Below, piece by piece: positions 17,499 through 26,927 of a stretch of 64,000 bases of DNA. A program made the translations under genes and the position numbers. The stretch's first letter is position 1. Each line of letters opens with the position of its first letter. The notes below the pieces were generated by a model. It had not been told where the DNA came from. It worked only from the letters and a program-made list of their open reading frames with translations, and made no database searches. This DNA is from Candidatus Omnitrophota bacterium (GTDB lineage: Bacteria > Omnitrophota > Gorgyraeia > Aquiviventales > Aquiviventaceae), in contig JACQWM010000007.1 in the NCBI GenBank assembly GCA_016209275.1, positions 6,865 through 70,864 on the forward strand, written 5' to 3'.

Positions 17499-19804
17499 AT
17501 CTCCTGCTGCGTCATCAAGGCGCGCAGGCCCGAAGCGGTAAAGGGCTTTTGTAGCACGGTCATCGGCGCGCGGGTCGCCGCCAGGCGCGTCTGCAGCTGA
17601 TCGCTGAGCGACCCTGACATGACGGCAATCCGCAGCGACGGCCAGCGCCGGGTGGCCTGGGCGATCAATTCGACGCCATCCATCTGCGGCATGATGAGAT
17701 CCGTCAGCAGCACATCATAGGGGGCGCGCTCAAGGGCGACGATCGCCTCAGGGGAGGAGGAGGCCACGGTCACGCGGCACAGGCCGGCCAGCATCCGCTC
17801 GCACATCCGACGGATCGCCGGATCATCATCCACCACCAGCACTCGCAACCCATCCGGCTTGGGCTCCGAGGGCTGCAGCAGTTCACGCAATTCCCCGAGC
17901 AGCTGGGCCGGCAGATACGGTTTTTGCAGCACGCGAACGCCTTCCACCGCGCCTGTCAGGGTGCGCAGCTTCTGATCCATCAAGCCGCTGATCAACAAGA
18001 CCCGCGCCGCGGGAGCGACCGCTCGGATGCGCATCATCAGCGCTTCGCCATGCTCCTGGCCGATCGAGAGATCGACAATGATCGCATCGGCGTCCTGCGC
18101 ATGGCGCTTCACCATGTCCAGCGGCGGCACCGTCGCGGCCTCCGTGAGCACGCGGTAGCCGCCTTCGCGGAGAATCTCTTCGGCAAATCGTCGGTCCTGC
18201 TCCTCCGGCTCAATGACGAGGATGGCCCGAACGCGGGCAGCGACGGCGGGAGCCACGCCATTGGCCGCCTGGCCCAGCGCGTGTTGGCGCGGAAAATACA
18301 GATGGAAGGTCGTGCCGCGGCCTAGTGCTGTTTCAATATCGATGAACCCCTCATGCTGCTTCACCAATCCATAGACCACCGCCATGCCGAGGCCGGCCCC
18401 CTTGCCCTGCTGCTTCGTGGTGAAAAACGGCTCAAAGATGTGGGGGACGATCGTCGGATCCATGCCCGTGCCGGTGTCTTGCACCGAGAGCCGGATGTAG
18501 TCGCCCGGCTTGGCGCCAGACCGCCCCGCGGCAAATGCGGCATCCACCCGGAGAGGGCCGCTGCTGATCGTGAGCCGACCGGCGTCCGGCATGGAGTCCC
18601 GCGCGTTGGAGGCGAGATTGATGAGAATCTGCTCCAGCGCCGTCGGATCGAGCTTGACCAAGAGCGACTCCTTGGGGAGCGACAGGCCGACGTCGATGCG
18701 GTCGCCGACAAATTGCTGCAGCACGCGCTCAAGATTGCGCAGCGTCTGATTCAGCTCCAGCACGGTGGGCTTGAGCGCCTGGCGCCGGCTGAACGCCAAC
18801 AGCTGCCGGATCATGCCTGAGGCGCTCTCCGCCGCATGCACGATTTCGTTCAAATCATTCTGCAGCTCGGGCTGCTCCTGGCAGCGGCCGCGCATCAGCC
18901 ACGCAAATCCCAAAATGACCTGCAGGAAATTCTGGAAGTCATGCGCAATCCCCCAGGCGAAGCGGCCGATGGTTTCGAGTTTCTGCGCCTCGCTGAGCTC
19001 GGTTTGCAGCCGCAGGCGTTCCGCTTCCGTCTTGCGCCGCTCGGTGACATCGGTGCCGAAGAGCAGAAACCCGGAGAGCCGGGCGGCGGCGTCATGAATC
19101 GGAACGATCGTCAACTGGAGGATGCGCTCTTGGCCATTCGGCCGCGCGAGCGCGACGTGCTCGAGGGATGCGGGGCGATCCGCGAGTTGGCATGCGGAGA
19201 GGCCGCCGAGAACTTGGCCGGCGTCCCACGCGATGCCGGCATCCGCGAGCAATCGGCCGCTCACCGTCACTTCGGCGATGCCGAACACCTCCTCAGCCAC
19301 GGCATTCCAATGCGTCACGCGGCCATCCAAACTGAGGCGGATCAGGATGGAGGGAACGGCGGACAGGAGCTGTTCGGTTTGGGTGTGCGCCGCCAGCAGA
19401 TCCGCTTCGGCGCGTTTGCGCTCAATGGCATAGCGCATCGCGCGGCCCAGCAGGTACGGGTAGACCTCAAGATGGCCTTTCACCAAATAATCGTCGGCGC
19501 CGGCCTGCAGCGCTGCGGAAGCTAGCCCTTCGTCATCTGACGCGGTGAGAATCACCACGGGGACGCGATCGCTCAACTGCAGAATGGCCGTCAGCGCGTC
19601 CAACCCCTTGGTATCCGGCAGCATGAGATCGAGGAGAATGACGTCGATGCCGCCCCGGCTCAGCCGCTGCAGGCCCGGAGAGAGCCGGTCAACGTGAATG
19701 AGATCAAACGTCGCGGAGGTATCTTTTGCGAGGGCTTGTTTCACAACGTCAACATCGGCAGGGCGATCTTCGATCAGTAGGGCGGTGACAATTGGAGCCT
19801 TCAT
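17495..19804 (-). CDS. Hybrid histidine kinase REC-PAS-HisKA-HATPase-REC-REC
   Basis: LLDLMLPD, GIAHDFQN, NARDSM, DTGTG, FEPFFTTK, GLGM, two C-terminal receiver domains. Confidence 0.9.
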   Translation of the reverse strand: MKAPIVTALLIEDRPADVDVVKQALAKDTSATFDLIHVDRLSPGLQRLSRGGIDVILLDLMLPDTKGLDALTAILQLSDRVPVVILTASDDEGLASAALQAGADDYLVKGHLEVYPYLLGRAMRYAIERKRAEADLLAAHTQTEQLLSAVPSILIRLSLDGRVTHWNAVAEEVFGIAEVTVSGRLLADAGIAWDAGQVLGGLSACQLADRPASLEHVALARPNGQERILQLTIVPIHDAAARLSGFLLFGTDVTERRKTEAERLRLQTELSEAQKLETIGRFAWGIAHDFQNFLQVILGFAWLMRGRCQEQPELQNDLNEIVHAAESASGMIRQLLAFSRRQALKPTVLELNQTLRNLERVLQQFVGDRIDVGLSLPKESLLVKLDPTALEQILINLASNARDSMPDAGRLTISSGPLRVDAAFAAGRSGAKPGDYIRLSVQDTGTGMDPTIVPHIFEPFFTTKQQGKGAGLGMAVVYGLVKQHEGFIDIETALGRGTTFHLYFPRQHALGQAANGVAPAVAARVRAILVIEPEEQDRRFAEEILREGGYRVLTEAATVPPLDMVKRHAQDADAIIVDLSIGQEHGEALMMRIRAVAPAARVLLISGLMDQKLRTLTGAVEGVRVLQKPYLPAQLLGELRELLQPSEPKPDGLRVLVVDDDPAIRRMCERMLAGLCRVTVASSSPEAIVALERAPYDVLLTDLIMPQMDGVELIAQATRRWPSLRIAVMSGSLSDQLQTRLAATRAPMTVLQKPFTASGLRALMTQQEM

Positions 19805-19872
19805 GCCACGTTTTCTTCCTCCTACATTCATAGCATTTTTCTTAACTCCTTGTCAAATAAGGGGTCAGACCC

Positions 19873-21021
19873 TTAATACCTCGCCATCTCCGTGTCGACT
19901 TCGCAGGCCCAGGCGTCGATGCCCCCGCGCATATGCTTGAGTTTCTTGAAGCCGAAACGCTGCAGCGTCTTGATCGCCTGCAGGCTGCGCTGCCCGTGAT
20001 GGCAGTAGGTGATGATCGTATCCGCCGTGTCGAGCTCGTTGGCGCGCAGGGGCAATTCAGACAGCGGAATCAGCTGCGCGCCCTCCACCTTGACGATCTC
20101 AAATTCATGCGGCTCGCGCACATCAAGCAGCACTGTTTCGGGATGCTCCTTGAGATACTGCTGCACCTCACCCGGCCCTAAATCGTACTCGCTCTGCCTG
20201 ACCTCAACCTCAGCTCCCCGGCCGATCCCGCAAAATGCCTCGTAGTCGATGAGGGCTTTCACCGTTGGATGCTCGCCGCAGACCGGGCACTGCGGATCGC
20301 GCTTGAGCTTCACCTCGCGGAACTCCATCTTCAGCGCATTGTAGAGCAGCAGCCGCCCGATCAGCGGGTCGCCTTTGCCGATGATGAGCTTGATGGCCTC
20401 GGTGGCTTGAATGATGCCGATGATGCCGGGAAGCACGCCCAGCACCCCGCCTTCAGCGCAGCTTGGCACCATCCCTGGCGGCGGCGGTTCCGGATACACA
20501 CAGCGATAGCACGGGCCGCTGAACGGAGCGAACACGGTGGCCTGGCCGTCAAACCGAAAGATCGAGCCGTAGATGTTGGGTTTCTTCTGGAAGATGCACG
20601 CGTCATTAACCAAATAGCGCGTGGGGAAATTATCCGTGCCGTCGATGACCACGTCATACGGCGCGATCAGCTCCATGATGTTGTCGCGCGAGAGCTTGGC
20701 GTTGTATGCCGTGACGTCAACATCCGGGTTGATCGCGTTGATCCGCTCCTTCGCCGACTCCACTTTCAACCGGCCCACGTCCTCGGTGCGGTGAATGATC
20801 TGCCGCTGCAGGTTGGTGAAATCCACGACGTCAAAATCCACGATGCCCAGCCGCCCGACGCCGGCCGCCGCCAAATAGAGGCCGAGCGGGGAGCCTAAAC
20901 CCCCGGCGCCAATGAGCAGCATCCCGGCATCCTTGAGCTGTTGCTGCCCCTCAATGCCGACCTCCGGCATGATCAAATGCCGGCTGTACCTCAAGATCTG
21001 ATCTCGCGTCAACTGCGCCAT
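19873..21021 (-). CDS. moeB: ThiF/MoeB adenylyltransferase with C-terminal rhodanese (MoeZ type)
   Basis: RYSRH, GAGGLG, NLQRQ, CYRC, CPVC, rhodanese YCHHGQRS. Confidence 0.92.
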   Translation of the reverse strand: MAQLTRDQILRYSRHLIMPEVGIEGQQQLKDAGMLLIGAGGLGSPLGLYLAAAGVGRLGIVDFDVVDFTNLQRQIIHRTEDVGRLKVESAKERINAINPDVDVTAYNAKLSRDNIMELIAPYDVVIDGTDNFPTRYLVNDACIFQKKPNIYGSIFRFDGQATVFAPFSGPCYRCVYPEPPPPGMVPSCAEGGVLGVLPGIIGIIQATEAIKLIIGKGDPLIGRLLLYNALKMEFREVKLKRDPQCPVCGEHPTVKALIDYEAFCGIGRGAEVEVRQSEYDLGPGEVQQYLKEHPETVLLDVREPHEFEIVKVEGAQLIPLSELPLRANELDTADTIITYCHHGQRSLQAIKTLQRFGFKKLKHMRGGIDAWACEVDTEMARY

Positions 21022-21032
21022 CGTACGCAACA

Positions 21033-21129
21033 ACGACCCATGACACATGACCCATGACACATGACCAAACGAAACATCTGTTGTCGTGTGTCGTGAGTCA
21101 TAGGTCGTGTGTTATGTGTCAAGGGTCGT
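21033..21129. repeat. Inverted array of CATGAC(A/C)-type heptamers
   Basis: ACGACCCATGACACATGACCCATGACAC... followed by complementary ...GTGTCAAGGGTCGT; related tract at 8017-8050. Confidence 0.8.
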
Positions 21130-21136
21130 CCTTTCG

Positions 21137-21550
21137 TCAAAAAGTGAGGACGCGGTCCGCGGTGGCGACGTCTTCGAGCAAAAACGCCGGAAGGCCGCGC
21201 ACCGCGTCGATCTCAGGAATCAAATCCTCTTTCTTCAACCCGCACATTTCCAGCGATGAACTGCACACGTAATATTGTACATCCCCCGAGGCCTTGATGT
21301 CGCGGCAGAGCTTGTGCACATCGAGGACGTCCAGCTTCTTCAGCCGCTGGATCACGCCGCCGGCTTCCCCCATAAACGCCGCCGAGAGCTCAATCTGATT
21401 GATGGCCTCTGGTGTCAGCCGAAACACCGATTCGTCGCGGAACAACACCCGGACTTTCATCTCCGAATGCACCGCCGCCATCAGCAGCGTGAGCACTTGG
21501 ATGAAGTTATTCGTCGTCACGCCAGAAACAATCACTGCAAGAGATTTCAT
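21137..21550 (-). CDS. DsrE/DsrF-like sulfur-relay family protein
   Basis: VRVLF..., YYVCSSSLEMCGL..EDLI, ADRVLTF C-terminus typical of DsrE-like folds. Confidence 0.7.
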   Translation of the reverse strand: MKSLAVIVSGVTTNNFIQVLTLLMAAVHSEMKVRVLFRDESVFRLTPEAINQIELSAAFMGEAGGVIQRLKKLDVLDVHKLCRDIKASGDVQYYVCSSSLEMCGLKKEDLIPEIDAVRGLPAFLLEDVATADRVLTF

Positions 21551-21582
21551 GGTTAGCTATCTGCTAATTGCTAGATGCTCCG

Positions 21583-23235
21583 TTAATACACGGGTCCATC
21601 GGATTCAGGCACTTGCGGTGTTGGCACATCGTCCATGTTGGACAGCGGATGCGGCTGTCCACCCGTGAGCAGTTTGGCCAGCTCGGCATCGCCGACGCGC
21701 GCGCACCAGTCATGAAACGATTCCCGCGCCTTGCGCTGTTGCGTGAAGGCGACCAGCACGCGTTCCAAGCGTTTGGCGCATTCGGCGGCGGGAATTTTTC
21801 GCACGATCGGATGATTAAATCCTGCCCCCTTCCCTAACCGGCCGCCGACAAACACGTCATACGCATCAACGATTTGACCATCGACTTTCGTTTTGGATCC
21901 CATCAGCCCAATGTTCGCAATCTGGTATTGCGCGCACGAGTTCGGACAGCCGGTGATATGCAGCCGCAGCGGCTCAGCCAGCGGCACATGCTGCTCCAGA
22001 TACTCCACGATCTGCCGCGAGCGCGCCTTCGTTTCGGTGATGGCCAGCTTGCAAAACTCAGTGCCGGTGCAGGTCACGACGCTGCGCCGAATCGGATGCG
22101 CATTGATGGAGAGTCCGACATCGGCCAGACCTGACAACACTGACTCGACATTCCGCTCTGGAATATTCAACAGAAGAATATTCTGCCGGACGGTCAACCG
22201 AATGGTGTTCCCGTCGCCATATCGTCGGCACAGATCCGCGACTCGTTTCATCTGGGGACTCGTGATCCGACCGACGAGCACCGGCGAACCAACGTAGTAC
22301 AACCCATCCTGCTTTTGCGCGTGCACCCCAACATGATCACGATAACTGTCTGAAGGCTCCTCATAGTCAGCCGGCGCATCATCAAGCTTCCGACCCAATC
22401 GCGCTTCCACCGTTTCACGAAATTTGGCCACGCCCCAGTCATGGATTAAATATTTAAACCGCGCATGATGGCGTTTCTCGCGATACTCGGGCGTTTCGCT
22501 CCAGAGATCCGTGATCTGCTGAATGACCGGCACGGCGTCTTCCGGCCGGATGAAGGCCTTCATCCGCTGGCTGATGAAGGGCTGCGTTGAGAGCCCGCCA
22601 CCCACACGCAGATCAAACCCTAGCTCTTGCCGTCCGTCCACGGCACGTGAGGCTGCCACCAGCGAGACGCATTGAATTTCGGGCAATGAGCACCACGTCC
22701 GGCAACCCGAAACGCCGATTTTGTATTTGCGGGGCAGATTGGCGTATTTCACGTTGCCGTAGAAAAAGTCGCTGACCGCTTTCGCGATCGGGCTGGCATC
22801 GAAAAGCTCTTCGCGATCGACACCGGCCACCGGACAGCCGACGACGTTGCGCAGAATATCGCCGCAGGCCCCCAAGGAGCCGATGCCGACGCGCTTGAGC
22901 CGCTCCAGGGTCGGGAGAATCTTCGAATAGTGGACCCAGTGCAGCTGGAAATCTTGCCGGGTGGTGATGTCGGCATATCCCTTCTGCCATTGCTCGGCGA
23001 TGGCGGCGATCTCCGCGAGCTGCTCGGGGGTCACAAACCCGTTGGGCTGCTTCGTGCGCAGCATGAAATACTCCGGCTCATGCCGATGCGTATAGAGGCC
23101 CAGCCACTTGCACATGAACAGATCATCTTCGGTCAGCGTTTCAACGCCTGCCGTGGCGGCGCGCTCAATGGCCTTCAGCACGTCAAAGGGATTCCCGTAT
23201 CGCTGTTTGATGGTTTCGGAGGTATTCGGCATCAC
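21583..23235 (-). CDS. Siroheme-[4Fe-4S] nitrite/sulfite reductase (ferredoxin-dependent)
   Basis: ITTRQ, LPRKYK, CTGTEFC, GCPNSC. Confidence 0.9.
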   Translation of the reverse strand: MMPNTSETIKQRYGNPFDVLKAIERAATAGVETLTEDDLFMCKWLGLYTHRHEPEYFMLRTKQPNGFVTPEQLAEIAAIAEQWQKGYADITTRQDFQLHWVHYSKILPTLERLKRVGIGSLGACGDILRNVVGCPVAGVDREELFDASPIAKAVSDFFYGNVKYANLPRKYKIGVSGCRTWCSLPEIQCVSLVAASRAVDGRQELGFDLRVGGGLSTQPFISQRMKAFIRPEDAVPVIQQITDLWSETPEYREKRHHARFKYLIHDWGVAKFRETVEARLGRKLDDAPADYEEPSDSYRDHVGVHAQKQDGLYYVGSPVLVGRITSPQMKRVADLCRRYGDGNTIRLTVRQNILLLNIPERNVESVLSGLADVGLSINAHPIRRSVVTCTGTEFCKLAITETKARSRQIVEYLEQHVPLAEPLRLHITGCPNSCAQYQIANIGLMGSKTKVDGQIVDAYDVFVGGRLGKGAGFNHPIVRKIPAAECAKRLERVLVAFTQQRKARESFHDWCARVGDAELAKLLTGGQPHPLSNMDDVPTPQVPESDGPVY

Positions 23236-23248
23236 GGGCCTGACGATG

Positions 23249-24304
23249 TTACTTGGCTAACTCGACTTTGCTACCGACATCGTGCCACCAGCGGTCGAGC
23301 TCTGGCGTGAAGTATTTGACGCGGATTTTCTTGTACTCTTTTGTGCTGAAGAGATTCTTGTGGGGAAACGGCCCGGTCCGCTCCTCGATGCGCTTGGCGA
23401 CGTCCATGCACGCCGAATACGTCGCGGCATGGATCATGGTAAAGAGCGGATAGGGCCAATGCGGATAGATCGGGCGGCGGTAGCAGTGGCTGACTTCTCG
23501 GAACAGGGCCATCTGCTCGCCGACGACATCGGCCTGCTCCTGGGGCACTTGCCAGACGACCATCGCGTTGGCCAGAAATCCGGCGTTGCGATGGTGGAGA
23601 ATCGCAGCAAAGCGGCGCATGTAGCCTAAGCGTTCCATCTGTGTCGCCCAGGCGAATACGTCTTCTTCGCTCATGTCGGCCTGCTCGGCCCAGACGGCAT
23701 ACGGCATCTCGAGCAGCGGCAGATCCTCTTGCAGCACGCGGATGAGGCGGATGTCGGTGTCGCTCAGCGGGGGCTTCTGCGCCCATCGTTTTTTCTCATC
23801 GTAAATGTCTTCCGGGCTTTCGAGCGCAGACTCCTGCCCGGTCAGATCGAGCTTGACCCCGATCTTATACAGCCGCAAGGTCGGCAGGATGATGGTCTCC
23901 TCGGCCCGGGCGAGCGTGTGCAAAATCTGGATGACCTGCTCGAGCGAATCCCCGGGCGGCACCGCGATGGTAAACCAGATGTTAAAGGGGTCATTGCGCT
24001 TGTAGTTGTGCGACACGCCGGGGTGCTGATTGACCACCTCAGCCGCCTCATCCACGCGCTCCGGATCGACTTTCATCGCCGCCAGCGTGCTTTGGTAGCC
24101 GAGCGTGCGGGTATCGAAAATGGCGGAGAGCTGCCGAATCACGTGCTCACTTTTCAGCCGGCCGACGCGCGCGAGGCATTCCTGCTCGGAGAGGCCGAGT
24201 TTTTCTCCAAGCTGCTCAAAGGGCCGGTGGACCACGGGAAATTGCTTTTGCACCTCGGTGAGGAGCGCTCGGTCAATCGGATCAAGCACTGGCAGTTGGG
24301 GCAT
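23249..24304 (-). CDS. ahbAB: Siroheme decarboxylase, AhbA+AhbB (NirDL-type) fusion
   Basis: Two Lrp-like halves: PGVSHNYKR..NIWFT and VSHCYRR..WPY.LFTMIH. Confidence 0.85.
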   Translation of the reverse strand: MPQLPVLDPIDRALLTEVQKQFPVVHRPFEQLGEKLGLSEQECLARVGRLKSEHVIRQLSAIFDTRTLGYQSTLAAMKVDPERVDEAAEVVNQHPGVSHNYKRNDPFNIWFTIAVPPGDSLEQVIQILHTLARAEETIILPTLRLYKIGVKLDLTGQESALESPEDIYDEKKRWAQKPPLSDTDIRLIRVLQEDLPLLEMPYAVWAEQADMSEEDVFAWATQMERLGYMRRFAAILHHRNAGFLANAMVVWQVPQEQADVVGEQMALFREVSHCYRRPIYPHWPYPLFTMIHAATYSACMDVAKRIEERTGPFPHKNLFSTKEYKKIRVKYFTPELDRWWHDVGSKVELAK

Positions 24305-25322
24305 GGAGGTCGGCTGCTGCGGCGGCGTTGAGGCCGAAATCGGCCGCATACAATTGGGCAATCCGCGCGACGGCCTCCGCCGACAGCGGCGGGGCTGCGG
24401 CGGCGGCGACAAACTCCTGCAGCAGCGCTTCATTATAGATGTTCGGCAGCACGGATGCCACGGCCGGCTCTGACAAGATAAAGTGTATCGCCGCCTGCCC
24501 CAGGCTCCGTCCGGCGCGCTCGGTGAGAAACCCGAGCTGCTGAACTTTCTTCAAGCCGTTGACTTGCCATTGTCGTTTGCGCTCATCGGTGGAGACGCGA
24601 TGAAATCGGTGATCGTGCTCGGCAAACACCGTCTCAGGCTTGACGGTGCCATCCAGCAATCCTGAGGCATGCGGCACGCGCACGAGGAAGCTGGCGTGAT
24701 GCTGCCGGCCGAGAGGAAAGAGCCGCAGGCCCAGCATCTGCTCAAGCAAATTATAGATGATGTACACCATGTCGACGCTACGGCGCTCAATCGCATACGC
24801 CCCCTCATCCATCTGGCGCTCGGCGATGGCCGGGCCAAGCGATGGCCCATACGCGCGGATCTTCCCCTCGCTTTTGAGCGCCTCCAGTGTGGCGAAGAGA
24901 TCATCACGCTGTAACGCCTCGAGGCGGGGGTTGTGCAATTGATAGATGTCGATGTGGTCCGTCTGCAAGCGCGTGAGGCTTTCTTCGAGTGCTACGCGCA
25001 CGTACTCCGGACGCCAATCGTGGGGGAGCTCCTCCTGGCCGCTGCGCGCGGTGTGATGATAAAAATCGTAGCCGAACTTCGTGCCAATGGTGATGTCCTT
25101 GCGATGCTGGCCAAGGGCTTCAGCCAGGATCGTCTCGCCGCGGCCGCGGCCGTAGGTGTCGGCCGTATCAAAAAACGTGATGCCAAGGTCAAAGGCCCGG
25201 CGCAACAACTCGATGCCGACGGCCTCGTCTGTGATCCCCCACCAGGTTGTCGACACGGTCCAGACGCCGAACCCCACCTCGGATACCTTCACATCCGTCG
25301 CGCCAATGCGTCGAGTCTTCAT
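24282..25322 (-). CDS. Aldo/keto reductase
   Basis: FFDTADTYG, TKFG, SLTRLQTDHIDIYQLHNP. Confidence 0.92.
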   Translation of the reverse strand: MKTRRIGATDVKVSEVGFGVWTVSTTWWGITDEAVGIELLRRAFDLGITFFDTADTYGRGRGETILAEALGQHRKDITIGTKFGYDFYHHTARSGQEELPHDWRPEYVRVALEESLTRLQTDHIDIYQLHNPRLEALQRDDLFATLEALKSEGKIRAYGPSLGPAIAERQMDEGAYAIERRSVDMVYIIYNLLEQMLGLRLFPLGRQHHASFLVRVPHASGLLDGTVKPETVFAEHDHRFHRVSTDERKRQWQVNGLKKVQQLGFLTERAGRSLGQAAIHFILSEPAVASVLPNIYNEALLQEFVAAAAAPPLSAEAVARIAQLYAADFGLNAAAAADLHAPTASA

Positions 25323-26086
25323 GCAAAGACCTCCGTGGGGATGCCGGTTGTCGATGTCAAGCGATCGGCAATCTGCTGTAGCTGCGACCGCGGCACCTTG
25401 TGAATCCCGTCGGCGGCGGTCGGCCGATCGATCGTATAGACCTGCACCGCGCGCGGCGAGAGCCAGCCGACTTTCTCGACCCATAATTGCAGATGGCCCT
25501 CCTGAGTGTTATCGCAAACCCCGTGGATAAACATGCTCTGGAGGATGATGTCGGGGACGCGCTTGAGCCCCTCGAGCATCGCCTGAAAATCAATCGAAAC
25601 CAGCGGTTGATTGATGCGCTGCCAGGTCGCGGCATCCGCCGCGTCGAATTTCATGCACCGCACATCCAGCAGCGCCAGGGCCTCGCGCACGCGCGGACGC
25701 ATTACCTGGGTCGCATCGGAGAGCATCCCGACGGCCGCGCGAGGAAAATAGGCATCGCGCAGCTGCTTGACTCCATCCACCAGCGCGGCGAGGTCCGGAT
25801 GCAGGGTGGGCTCGCCGTTGCCGGCAAATGTCAGGCAGTCCACCGGCGTCTTCGCCTCGGCATAGCGCTGCAGACTCCGCCGGATCTCGGCCAGCAGCTC
25901 TGGGGCCCGCCGCATCCGCTCGGGGGAGCCCTTCGCCGTCGTCCACCCATATTGGCAGTAGACGCAATTCGACGAACAGACCTTTCGGCTCACCGGCAGG
26001 AGATTGATCCCCAGGGAGTGGCCGAATCGCCGAGAATGGATCGGGCCGTAGACCGCAGCATCTTGGAGGGGAATTGGTGTCGGCAT
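25319..26086 (-). CDS. Radical SAM protein (GP..SRR.G.SLG family)
   Basis: YGPIHSRRFGHSLG, CSSNCVYC, GNGEPTLHP; TTGACG-N17-TACAAT promoter upstream. Confidence 0.88.
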   Translation of the reverse strand: MPTPIPLQDAAVYGPIHSRRFGHSLGINLLPVSRKVCSSNCVYCQYGWTTAKGSPERMRRAPELLAEIRRSLQRYAEAKTPVDCLTFAGNGEPTLHPDLAALVDGVKQLRDAYFPRAAVGMLSDATQVMRPRVREALALLDVRCMKFDAADAATWQRINQPLVSIDFQAMLEGLKRVPDIILQSMFIHGVCDNTQEGHLQLWVEKVGWLSPRAVQVYTIDRPTAADGIHKVPRSQLQQIADRLTSTTGIPTEVFA

Positions 26087-26143
26087 CGTCGAGAAAACCT
26101 ATTGTAGGGCAGGATCTTGACGACGTCAATGTGGCGGCCACTC

Positions 26144-26536
26144 TTAGGTTGGTGCGGCGGCGCGGCGCTTGAAGACCCGGTCGATCCGCAACAGCAGGTC
26201 TTCGTGGTCAAACGGTTTGATGATGTAGTCCTCGACGCCTTCAAGCTCAAACAAATCTTTCATCCGGTCGCGCGCCGTCAAGATGATGACCGGGGTTTTG
26301 CTGCGGCCGAACCGGTGGTTGAGCTCCCGCAAGCACGAATAGCCGTCCATGACCGGCATCAACACATCAAGAATGATCAGATCCGGATGCTCCTGCTCCA
26401 CCAACGCGAGGGCTTGCTGGCCGTCGTTGGCGACAAACGCCTGATAGCCTTTCGACTGCAATCGGATTTTAATGGCGAGTGCCAACTGCTGCTCATCATC
26501 CACGATAAGGATTTTCTTTCCCCCCGGCGGTGCCAT
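26144..26536 (-). CDS. Single-domain response regulator
   Basis: IVDDE, ILDVLMP, KPF. Confidence 0.9.
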   Translation of the reverse strand: MAPPGGKKILIVDDEQQLALAIKIRLQSKGYQAFVANDGQQALALVEQEHPDLIILDVLMPVMDGYSCLRELNHRFGRSKTPVIILTARDRMKDLFELEGVEDYIIKPFDHEDLLLRIDRVFKRRAAAPT

Positions 26537-26540
26537 GGCA

Positions 26541-26927
26541 TCACCCTCCTTGTGCCGCGTCTAACAGCGATTGGACTGCTGAAACCACCTGCTCCGAGTG
26601 AAACGGCTTCTGCATGACGATCACGGAATCGAGTTTGGCCAATTGCCGCTCCCGCGCCCGCTCCGGCAGCGCGGTGAGGACCATCGCGGGAATCTTCGCG
26701 GTCGCTGGGTCGGCCTTGAGGCGCTGGAGCATTTCATAGCCATTCATCTTCGGCATGAGCAAATCGACGATGAGCAGATCCGGCGGCGGCGCCTGCCGGG
26801 CCTTCGCCAGCCCCTCTTCGCCGTTCTCGGCTGTCTCGCACAGGAAGCCGGCGGCCCGCAGGCGGATCGCCAGCGCGTAGCGCAGATCCGACTCATCATC
26901 CACGATCAGCACACGCTTGCCCATCAC
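26541..26927 (-). CDS. Single-domain response regulator
   Basis: IVDDE, IVDLLMP, KPF. Confidence 0.9.
   Translation of the reverse strand: MMGKRVLIVDDESDLRYALAIRLRAAGFLCETAENGEEGLAKARQAPPPDLLIVDLLMPKMNGYEMLQRLKADPATAKIPAMVLTALPERARERQLAKLDSVIVMQKPFHSEQVVSAVQSLLDAAQGG

Noticed and set aside
25319-26086. Radical SAM protein as AhbC/AhbD/NirJ
   Set aside because: It is too short, has no C-terminal SPASM cysteines, and has a different family signature.
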